Assembly: GCA_011192005.1 (NCBI GenBank)
Contig: DUFB01000062.1
Coordinates: forward strand, 12,074-76,073
Direction: 5' to 3'
Length of the DNA: 64,000 nt
DNA from: Dehalococcoidia bacterium
GTDB lineage: Bacteria; Chloroflexota; Dehalococcoidia; Dehalococcoidales; RBG-16-60-22
Under the pieces are notes generated by a model. The model saw only the letters and a program-made list of their open reading frames with translations, was not told the DNA's origin and did not search any database. The stretch's first letter is position 1. Each line of letters begins with the position of its first letter. Shown here piece by piece: positions 39,070 to 46,613 of the stretch. Both the position numbers and the translations under genes were made by a program.

Positions 39070-39393
39070 ATGAATATTGAACTCAATAGGAAAAATCTAG
39101 ATAGCTACTCCGGGAATAGACCTGCCGTCAGCCAGCGCCGCTCTAATATAGAGATAATCGCCGATATGCTCCGAATAGGGGAAAACGGGGCCGGTAAGAC
39201 GGAAATAATGTACAGCGCCAATATGAGCTATCACCAGATACAAAAATACCTTGAATATTTAATAAATCAGGGATTTCTGCGTAAGGTAGACATGGGCAAC
39301 TCTTTGGTTGCATTTCAGGTTACTGACAGCGGCTTAAAGCTGTTAAAAGCCATCGATACCCTTATGGAGATGCTTGGTTCCCATAACCAATAA
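39070..39393 (+). CDS. small winged-helix DNA-binding protein (archaeal HTH_45-like)
   Basis: 107 aa. RSNIEIIADMLRIGENGAGKTEIMYSANMSYHQIQKYLEYLINQGFL matches my recollection of the HTH_45/DUF4364-type wHTH pattern. Confidence 0.6.
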   Translation: MNIELNRKNLDSYSGNRPAVSQRRSNIEIIADMLRIGENGAGKTEIMYSANMSYHQIQKYLEYLINQGFLRKVDMGNSLVAFQVTDSGLKLLKAIDTLMEMLGSHNQ

Positions 39394-39418
39394 TATATAA
39401 TATATGTAATTTATCTCA

Positions 39419-39447
39419 CCTGAAGGTAATCTTCCTTCGGGTTTTTT
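39419..39447 (+). terminator. intrinsic terminator after the wHTH gene
   Basis: CCTGAAGG-7 nt-CCTTCGGG (one G.U pair) followed by TTTTTT. Confidence 0.7.
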
Positions 39448-39657
39448 ATCGTTTACTCGCTTCATTCCCGCGTTTTCCGTAAGTCAGTTTTGATTTACAC
39501 GGTATCAGCCGCTCCTTTGTTTTAATGAAACCTTAAGCAAATCTTTATAAATCCTTTATTACTTTTATGTCTGGCTTTATATTGTGATGCTACACTCTCT
39601 TTAGAAATCTTCACGAATCCCCTTCGGGGGAACAGTGTTTCAAAGAAGAGGTTTTGA

Positions 39658-40005
39658 ATGAGAAGGACCCTGTTACTTGATGAAAACGACCTGATTATGG
39701 TTGTTAAAGAGGACATCGTCAAGCAAATAGATAAAAACCGTGGCGAGTTGAACCGGACCGAATTTGTTAATTACTTAATACAGTGCCAGCTTCAGGAACA
39801 GGATAATCAGGAACAATACGTTAAGAGAGAAGAAATGGAGGATTTCATGCGGCAGATCATGGAACTGCTGCATAATTTCCTACAGTTTTTCGTCAGTTAC
39901 GGGATGTCCCTGGGTAAAACCCAGCAGAATGAAGAACTCGAAAATTTGAACCAGCAGCTAGAATCCTTCTACAAACAGGATGAAGAGGACGAAGAAGAGC
40001 TTTAG
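39658..40005 (+). CDS. ribbon-helix-helix (CopG/Arc-like) protein with acidic coiled-coil tail
   Basis: 115 aa. RRTLLLDENDL (beta strand), helix, NRTEFVNYLIQ (second helix, like the SRSEFIREAI pattern). GAGG SD 6 nt upstream. Acidic EEDEEEL end. Confidence 0.5.
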   Translation: MRRTLLLDENDLIMVVKEDIVKQIDKNRGELNRTEFVNYLIQCQLQEQDNQEQYVKREEMEDFMRQIMELLHNFLQFFVSYGMSLGKTQQNEELENLNQQLESFYKQDEEDEEEL

Positions 40006-40070
40006 TCCGTTCGTCTGAATCATATCAAACACCTCTTACTATTCAATCATTCCTGTTGTCGTACGAATAA

Positions 40071-40090
40071 TAGAACTATGTTCTAGAACA
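40071..40090. promoter_or_regulatory. palindromic operator-like site (three AGAAC/GTTCT half-sites)
   Basis: TAGAAC-ta-TGTTCTAGAACA. The last 12 bp (40079-40090) are a perfect palindrome. Confidence 0.5.
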
Positions 40091-40141
40091 CAATCACTTC
40101 CCAAGCATATTGCCAATCCCTTAGCCTTGTATATGTCTAAA

Positions 40142-40157
40142 TTTGCCACGTGGCAAA
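40142..40157. promoter_or_regulatory. 16-bp perfect palindrome just upstream of the GH3-like gene SD
   Basis: TTTGCCACGTGGCAAA is its own reverse complement. It lies 20 nt upstream of the ATG at 40177 and could be an operator or a 5'-UTR hairpin. Confidence 0.5.
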
Positions 40158-40176
40158 AAGGCTGGGGAGTGATTTC

Positions 40177-41859
40177 ATGTTAAAAGCGTCAGAACTGCTG
40201 CGCCAGGGAAAAACCGAAGAGCTCTGGCAGATGTGTTGCGGATATCTCAATCTGAATATCAGTGAATTCATGGATATCCAGGAAAGGCTCTTGCTGGAAC
40301 AACTGGAGCTGCTTAACGGGTCTCCCATCGGCAAAAAGATTCTGAAAGGCGCCGAACCTAAGACGGTCAAAGAATTCCGCGACATGGTTCCTCTGACAAC
40401 TTATGCTGACTACTGTCCTGAATTAGAACAAAAAAGGGAAGATGTCCTGCCAGTAAAACCGGATTCATGGGTACGCACATCCGGAAGGTCAGGCGAGTAT
40501 AAGTGCAGGTGGGTGCCATTAACACCGGCTTTTGCACATGAATTAGGTATACTCATGTATGGCATCGGCCTGATATCCAGCTGTAAATCCTGGGGCGATT
40601 GCTCCCAGGCACCGCAACGTCCAAAGCTGGTCTATACCGTGGCCCCCAGACCATATATGTCGGGTGCTATGACGTGTATACTGGAACAACAAACTCCCGT
40701 GTATCACATGCCTAAACTGGAAGAAGCTGAAGGATTATCCTTTGAAGATAGAGTAAGACTGGGTTTTAAACAGGCCTTGTCTCACGGTATTGACTATTTC
40801 TTTGGTATGGCTCTAGCCCTAGTATCGGTAGGTGAAAAGTTCACTCAGTCCTCAGGAAATATCAATATTCGCCCCCTGCTTTCACAACCCGGAGCACTGT
40901 TTCGCATAGCTAAAGGATTGGTGAAGAGCAAGCTGGCAAAGCGACCGATGCTGCCCAAAGACCTGTGGCCGGTAAAGGGGATTATTATCACCGGTCTTGA
41001 AAGCTGGATTTATAAAGACAAAATACAGGGATTCTGGGGCAGGTATCCTTTAGACGTATATGCCGGTACCGAGGGTGGCATCTATGCCACTCAGACCTGG
41101 GATTACGATGCGATGACTTTCATTCCAAATCTTAATTTCTTGGAGTTCATTCCGGAAGAAGAGCAGCTCAAGTGGCAGATGGACCGTAGCTACCGACCAA
41201 AAACTCTTCTGCTTAATGAAGTTAAAGCCGGAGAAAATTATGAGTTAGTTATCACCAATTATCACGGAGGTCCTCTAACAAGATACCGGATCGGTGATAT
41301 GGTAAAGATAACGTCATTAAGAAATGAGAAACTAGGTATTGAGCTTCCTCAGATGCTTTTTGAAAGGCGGGCTGACGGTTTGCTCAATTTTGTGGTCATT
41401 CAATTAACAGAAAGGCAAATCTGGCAGGCTATAGAAAAGACAGGGATAGCCTATGAAGACTGGGTAGCCTACAAAGAATTAGGGAAATCAATACTGCATC
41501 TATTGGTTGAACCGAAAGACGGTTTGCAGTTTAATCAAGCAGAAATTGCCGGGGCGATTCAAAGGTATATACTAGAGGCAAACAATGACAATAAAGGAAT
41601 AACCGGAGTTCTTGAAGATTTAACGGACATGTACGATTTCACCGTTGAGATTGAGCTGTTACCCAAAGGCACTTTTGCCAGATATACAGCCCGGAAGCAG
41701 GCTGAAGGTGCTGACCTAGCCCATCTAAAGCCACCTCATATCAATCCTTCCGATGAAGTACTATCAATACTAAAAGGTGATACCGAAGAAATCATTGTGG
41801 TTAAAGAAACAAAAAGCGAAGTTATGACAGAAAATGAAGCGGATAAGGTTACCACATAG
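40177..41859 (+). CDS. GH3-family / ANL-superfamily adenylate-forming enzyme
   Basis: 560 aa. Three GH3-type motifs: TSGRSGEYK, YAGTEGG, YRIGDMV. ATG 40177 lies 7 nt after GGGGAG; the track's GTG 40150 lies inside the palindrome. Confidence 0.6.
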   Translation: MLKASELLRQGKTEELWQMCCGYLNLNISEFMDIQERLLLEQLELLNGSPIGKKILKGAEPKTVKEFRDMVPLTTYADYCPELEQKREDVLPVKPDSWVRTSGRSGEYKCRWVPLTPAFAHELGILMYGIGLISSCKSWGDCSQAPQRPKLVYTVAPRPYMSGAMTCILEQQTPVYHMPKLEEAEGLSFEDRVRLGFKQALSHGIDYFFGMALALVSVGEKFTQSSGNINIRPLLSQPGALFRIAKGLVKSKLAKRPMLPKDLWPVKGIIITGLESWIYKDKIQGFWGRYPLDVYAGTEGGIYATQTWDYDAMTFIPNLNFLEFIPEEEQLKWQMDRSYRPKTLLLNEVKAGENYELVITNYHGGPLTRYRIGDMVKITSLRNEKLGIELPQMLFERRADGLLNFVVIQLTERQIWQAIEKTGIAYEDWVAYKELGKSILHLLVEPKDGLQFNQAEIAGAIQRYILEANNDNKGITGVLEDLTDMYDFTVEIELLPKGTFARYTARKQAEGADLAHLKPPHINPSDEVLSILKGDTEEIIVVKETKSEVMTENEADKVTT

Positions 41860-41909
41860 CATATAGTACTTTAGTATTCCCACCTTAGTTCGCTTACTTT
41901 GGTTACCCC

Positions 41910-41938
41910 TTGACAGTTGTCACGTTTGGTCTGATAAT
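41910..41938 (+). promoter_or_regulatory. promoter for a leaderless GGDEF/HD-GYP mRNA, with inverted repeat over the -35
   Basis: TTGACA (41910-41915), 17 nt, GATAAT (41933-41938), 8 nt, ATG 41947. In-frame TAA at 41935-41937. TGACA-gt-TGTCA inverted repeat. Confidence 0.55.
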
Positions 41939-41946
41939 TCCCATAT

Positions 41947-44900
41947 ATGAATATATATTCCCTGATTCCACTAATCGCTACTATTGCGTATATACCGTTA
42001 TTTATTACGGTTGCCAGTAACCGGCCCTGGCAGAAACGGCATACATTATTCATCTCCTTTCTCATCCCTGCCATGGTATGGAGCTTGATTGACTTCTTTT
42101 TCCGTGGAAATTACTTCCCTCAACATAATCTTCTTTTAGTTCAATGTATTATGATAGCCAGTACTTTGATGGTGGTGCAGTTTCACCTCTTTACCTCCTC
42201 CTTTTTCCCCCCGAGCCGGGGACGCTGGTTACCATTTGCCTATATTTCACTGGGGGTTGTGGTAATTTTAGTAGGGTTTGGGGAAGTAGTCGACAATGTC
42301 ATTGCCGTCGGTGACAGACTATACGTTCATTATGGTTTTGGTCTCTTACTAATAGCTGTCTTTCTTTTAACCCTGGCCGTCAGGAATCTCTATGTGCTCA
42401 ATAAAAAAATAAAAACTATCGACAACCCGGTAACGTATAACCAGACTTATACTCTAATACTATGTATCATAGTTTTGACAGTATTTATGTCCGGGGCCGT
42501 CCTTCCCTGGGGTAAAGAATATTCCATCCCTCATATCGGTAACCTTATCAACGCTTTCATCCTTACCTACGCGGTTATCAGGCATAAACTGGTTGATATT
42601 AGAATTGTAATCAGGCAGGGTTCAGCATGGTTGAGTCTGGGTATTTTAAGTGTTGTTACTTACTGGCTTATTCTCATTGTTTCTCACAATATATTTAATT
42701 TCGACATCAGCATTCCGGCCTCTTTTGCTGCTACCGCAATAGCACTGTTTGTCGCCATATTTGTGTACAAGTTACGTGGCCTTTTCTTTGATATGATGTC
42801 GAAAGCTTTTCATGGTTCCAGTTATCACTACCGCCAGAAATTATCTAACTTCACTGATACTATCCACACCATGTTCAGTTTGAAAGAACAGGGTGACGAG
42901 TTACTGGCACTACTCACCAAGGCAATCGGTATTAAACAGGCAACCCTCCTTTTCCCTGAGGCGGGTAGTGACGATTTCAGCGTACAGATATCCGAACCAA
43001 AGAAAAACGACTTCAGCGGAATGAAGCTTAAAGCCAACAATCCCATCGTAAAACACCTTGAGCGGGAGCGTATTCCCCTGACAAAAGAAAGCCTGATTGT
43101 CTTACCGGAGTTCCTGGGCCTGTGGGCTGAAGAAAGAGAAGAGATAGAGTCTAAAAAGATAGAAATCCTGATGCCGCTTATCAGCCGCGACCGACTTATC
43201 GCTATCCTTGTCCTCGGTGAGAAGGAGTCTGGAAGATACTCGCTTGAAGAATATAACATTATTACCAATATCACCGACCGTGTTGCGGTGACCATGGAAA
43301 AGGAATACCTCAGCGAACAGCTCAAGGAGCGCGAGACGGAGCTTTCCGTTATAAATAACTGCAGCGCCATTGTCGCCTCCAGTTTGAATATACAGGAAAT
43401 ATTCGGGAGTTTTATTGAAGAACTCAAAAAAATCGTTGATGTCAGCTGGGCATCGATAGTGCTCGTTGAGGAAGAGGGACTCTGCTGCGTAGCCCTGTCA
43501 TCAAAAGAAGGCTCGTCCTACCAGGTTGGAGAGAAAATTCCCATGCAGAGCTCCGGCACAGGCTGGGTGGTAAACCACAAGAAACCCCTCGTGGAACGTG
43601 ACTTATCCAAAGAAATCAGATTTTCCACCGGACATAATTTCTACGAACAGGGGATGCTATCAATGGTATACCTGCCACTGATAGCTAAGGGGGAGGTAAT
43701 CGGCAGTCTAATTCTGGCCAGCCGTGAAAAAGACGCTTACAGTCAACAGCACATATCCACCCTCGAGCAGCTTGCATCGCAGATAGCTATGCCTCTGGAA
43801 AACGCCCGACTTTATGCCGCTACCGAAGAAAAGGCGCGTGTCGATGAACTTACCGGTCTGTTGAACCGTCGTTCCCTCGATGAGATGATTGATAGTGAAA
43901 TCAGTCGCCATTCCCGTTATGGCGGTAAATTCACCCTCGCTATCCTTGATCTTGACTCTTTCAAGGCATTCAACGATACCAAAGGGCATCTCGCCGGCGA
44001 TACGCTTCTCGGACACGTCGGCAATGTTATTAAAAGTAAAATAAGAAATTCGGACCAGGCCTTCCGGTATGGTGGTGATGAATTCGCTATACTGCTGCCG
44101 CAGACAACTATCGAGGCAGCCAGTCAGGTAACCGAAAGAGTCCGTGAGGCAATCGAGAACGAACTGGATACCGGTGACATTAACATCACCGCCAGCATCG
44201 GGTTAGCCAGCTGGCCTGAGGATGGCATGAGTCACTCCGATATCATCGCCGCCGCAGACCTGACGCTTTATCGGGCTAAATGGAGCGGAGGAAACCGTAT
44301 TTTCTGTGCTTCGGGTACACTATCCAACCTATATTTCGCTGAGTCGGACCAGTCCAAGAAAGATAGCAACAACAGGATTGTGAGTATTATCTATAATCTG
44401 GCGGAAACTATCGATAGCCGTACCACCCGTACGCGTAATCACTCAAAGAAAGTGGCTGAATACGCTATAACCCTCGGTAAAGCCCTCGGTATCAACACGA
44501 TGGGTCTCAAACAACTGGAGTCCTGTGCGTTGTTACATGATATCGGTAAAATCAACATCAGCGATGAAATACTGGAAAAGAACGATAACGTAACCGATGA
44601 AGACTGGGCGGTAATCAAAAGCCATCCCCAGCTTGGTGCTAACATCGTCTCGAATATCCCCAAACTATCGAAATGTGCCGATTGCATACGGCATCACCAC
44701 GAAAATTTCGATGGGACAGGTTTTCCCCACGGTCTCAAGGGAGAAGATATCCCTCTGTACGCTCGTATTCTGGCTATCGCCAGTGCCTTTGATATTTCGA
44801 TTTCAAATACGAAAGATTCCGGCTCTGCGACCGTCCCCGCAGCTCTGGAAGAACTCAAAAAAGGTGCCGGCACCAAATACGACCCGCACCTTGTCGATAA

Positions 44901-44961
44901 ATTCGTTACTCTATACGAGAAAAAACCGGCTATTACAGGAGGTAAGAAAGGCAAATCATAA
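41947..44961 (+). CDS. membrane sensor with 7TM N-domain, two GAF domains, GGDEF diguanylate cyclase and HD-GYP phosphodiesterase domains
   Basis: 1004 aa. Multi-TM N-terminus. RYGGDEFAIL with upstream RNSD (RxxD I-site position). HDIGK and HHENFDGTGFPHGL (HD-GYP with GFP). Confidence 0.85.
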   Translation: MNIYSLIPLIATIAYIPLFITVASNRPWQKRHTLFISFLIPAMVWSLIDFFFRGNYFPQHNLLLVQCIMIASTLMVVQFHLFTSSFFPPSRGRWLPFAYISLGVVVILVGFGEVVDNVIAVGDRLYVHYGFGLLLIAVFLLTLAVRNLYVLNKKIKTIDNPVTYNQTYTLILCIIVLTVFMSGAVLPWGKEYSIPHIGNLINAFILTYAVIRHKLVDIRIVIRQGSAWLSLGILSVVTYWLILIVSHNIFNFDISIPASFAATAIALFVAIFVYKLRGLFFDMMSKAFHGSSYHYRQKLSNFTDTIHTMFSLKEQGDELLALLTKAIGIKQATLLFPEAGSDDFSVQISEPKKNDFSGMKLKANNPIVKHLERERIPLTKESLIVLPEFLGLWAEEREEIESKKIEILMPLISRDRLIAILVLGEKESGRYSLEEYNIITNITDRVAVTMEKEYLSEQLKERETELSVINNCSAIVASSLNIQEIFGSFIEELKKIVDVSWASIVLVEEEGLCCVALSSKEGSSYQVGEKIPMQSSGTGWVVNHKKPLVERDLSKEIRFSTGHNFYEQGMLSMVYLPLIAKGEVIGSLILASREKDAYSQQHISTLEQLASQIAMPLENARLYAATEEKARVDELTGLLNRRSLDEMIDSEISRHSRYGGKFTLAILDLDSFKAFNDTKGHLAGDTLLGHVGNVIKSKIRNSDQAFRYGGDEFAILLPQTTIEAASQVTERVREAIENELDTGDINITASIGLASWPEDGMSHSDIIAAADLTLYRAKWSGGNRIFCASGTLSNLYFAESDQSKKDSNNRIVSIIYNLAETIDSRTTRTRNHSKKVAEYAITLGKALGINTMGLKQLESCALLHDIGKINISDEILEKNDNVTDEDWAVIKSHPQLGANIVSNIPKLSKCADCIRHHHENFDGTGFPHGLKGEDIPLYARILAIASAFDISISNTKDSGSATVPAALEELKKGAGTKYDPHLVDKFVTLYEKKPAITGGKKGKS

Positions 44962-45001
44962 CCTGGCCTGATATATCATGGCCATGATAGGAGTAAAAAT
45001 C

Positions 45002-45691
45002 ATGAACAACAATAATAAGAACAAAATCCAGGTATTCATTATCAGCCAGCAATCGTTATTCAAGCAGGGAGTTGAGCAGACTTTCTCTGAAGTTGAAGAT
45101 ATCGCGATATCCGGCATCACCGCGGTTGATGATGGCGTCATTAAAGCTATCGATAATCTTCCGCCTGATGTCGCTCTGCTGGACATTGATGGTCCGTCGG
45201 ATAACGGCATCGAGCTGGCCAAGAAAATCAAGCAACGCTCTCCCAACATCGGTGTTATCGTGCTCTCTTCCAACATGGACGATAACCAGTTGTTCCTTGC
45301 CCTGAAAGCCCAGGCGGTAGCCTACCTGAGCAAGGAAGTCACCTCGGAGCAGCTCGTTGAAACGGTACGGCGTGTTGCCCGCGGTGAGCATCCTATCAAT
45401 GAATACCTGACCGACCGACCCAAGGTAGCCGAACACGTTCTGCAGCAGTTCCAGGAGCTGTCGGCCCGTAGTGAAGCCGAGGCTTTCATGTCGCCGCTGA
45501 CTCCCCGGGAAATAGAAATCCTCCAGTACATAGCCGAAGGGTATCTCAACAAACAGATTGCCGCCGAACTGGGGATAAGCGAACAGACCATCAAGAACCA
45601 CGTCACTTCTATCCTGAGGAAGCTGAATGCTAACGCCCGCACCGAGGCCGTGGTCGTGGCTATTAAGCAGGGTCTGATAACGATTAACTGA
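45002..45691 (+). CDS. LuxR/NarL-family response regulator with degenerate receiver acidic pocket
   Basis: REC + HTH_LuxR (TPREIEILQYIAEGYLNKQIAAELGISEQTIKNH). ATG 45002 lies 8 nt after TAGGAG. The N-terminal DD pair is replaced by SQ (VFIISQQ); Asp (LLDIDG), Ser and Lys are retained. Confidence 0.85.
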   Translation: MNNNNKNKIQVFIISQQSLFKQGVEQTFSEVEDIAISGITAVDDGVIKAIDNLPPDVALLDIDGPSDNGIELAKKIKQRSPNIGVIVLSSNMDDNQLFLALKAQAVAYLSKEVTSEQLVETVRRVARGEHPINEYLTDRPKVAEHVLQQFQELSARSEAEAFMSPLTPREIEILQYIAEGYLNKQIAAELGISEQTIKNHVTSILRKLNANARTEAVVVAIKQGLITIN

Positions 45692-45772
45692 TAGGTGGAT
45701 TGCCCGGGAGACTGAAAAGAATACGGCAATACACTGATTAAGACTCCCGGGTGATTCATGGGGTATCGCAGG

Positions 45773-46474
45773 CTATTTGTGCGACTCGCTGAAGAGTCTC
45801 ATACTCCTGTCATGGTCATGGAATTCACTATCACGTTTCTTTTCTGTACCTGTTGTCGCAGCTTCGGTTTGAATATCCTTCTCTGGGAAGTCCTCTGTAT
45901 TCGATACATCAGCAGTATCTTCTGCCGCTCTGGCTTCACCAGAGCTGACCGGCTCGGAATTTGTTTTCTGCAATACCCGTTCGTTCATCATCGATTTATG
46001 TAGGGACATACCCAATAATTTGGCGATAACATCGAATAGCCGGGTGAAGTCATCGCTGAATTTCATCCTGGAACGGAAAGCCATCCCCAGAATCCCATGG
46101 ATGCGGTATGTCATTATCGGGACCGCCAGCAGCGAGCGAAAGCCAGATTTCCTGAAAATCGGGATGTCATATTTACCGTCGCGGTTCAGGCTGGGAATGA
46201 CAACATTGTGCCCCATTCCGATTATCTCATGACTGAAGCGGTGGTTCCGGTCCAGCAGGTTCATCTCACGCTTCATATATTCGGTAAAACCGAGGCTGGC
46301 GACCAGAGGCAGCCTGTCACCACCCGTATCCGCGAGTTGCACCCAGCAGCAGTCCGCCTTATAAATCCCGGTTAACGTGTCCAGCGCCATTCCCAGGAGT
46401 TGTTCGGGATTGCTGCTGAGAGTCAGCGTCTCGCTAACTTCACTGATAATTGAAAGAATATCGCGGTTCTTAAT
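45773..46474 (-). CDS. stand-alone GAF-domain protein, probable ATT start
   Basis: GAF-like core. First ATG at 46390. The in-frame upstream 28 codons (MKNRDILSIISEVSETLTLSSNPEQLLG) look like the first GAF helix. They begin at ATT (46474-46472), 4 nt after GGGTGA. Confidence 0.6.
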   Translation of the reverse strand: MKNRDILSIISEVSETLTLSSNPEQLLGMALDTLTGIYKADCCWVQLADTGGDRLPLVASLGFTEYMKREMNLLDRNHRFSHEIIGMGHNVVIPSLNRDGKYDIPIFRKSGFRSLLAVPIMTYRIHGILGMAFRSRMKFSDDFTRLFDVIAKLLGMSLHKSMMNERVLQKTNSEPVSSGEARAAEDTADVSNTEDFPEKDIQTEAATTGTEKKRDSEFHDHDRSMRLFSESHK

Positions 46475-46512
46475 CGTCTCACCCTGATCTAACTGAATTT
46501 CCGTGCATATAT

Positions 46513-46540
46513 ATTATATAACAAACAACCCCTTGTTCAA
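46513..46540 (-). promoter_or_regulatory. promoter for the GAF gene
   Basis: Reverse strand TTGAAC (46540-46535), 16 nt, TATAAT (46518-46513). Confidence 0.5.
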
Positions 46541-46577
46541 AGTCGAAGAAAGATTTAAGCCATCCATTTACAAAACC

Positions 46578-46606
46578 TTTGCTCGGTAATATTCCTGTGC
46601 TAGAAT
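46578..46606 (+). promoter_or_regulatory. promoter for uvrC (possibly leaderless, GTG start)
   Basis: TTTGCT (46578-46583), 17 nt ending in TGc, TAGAAT (46601-46606), 7 nt, GTG 46614. Confidence 0.4.
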
Positions 46607-46613
46607 AAATCAG

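Noticed and set aside
39522-39722. 66-aa reverse-strand ORF overlapping the RHH gene start
   Set aside because: It is antisense to the RHH gene's SD and start region, has no SD of its own, and has low-complexity Ser/Leu composition.
45703-45751. Inverted repeat CCCGGGAG-33 nt-CTCCCGGG between the convergent LuxR-type and GAF genes as a bidirectional terminator
   Set aside because: The stem is a good 8 bp of G/C, but the loop is 33 nt and neither side has a U-tract. It may still be a structural or binding element, but I cannot support a terminator call.
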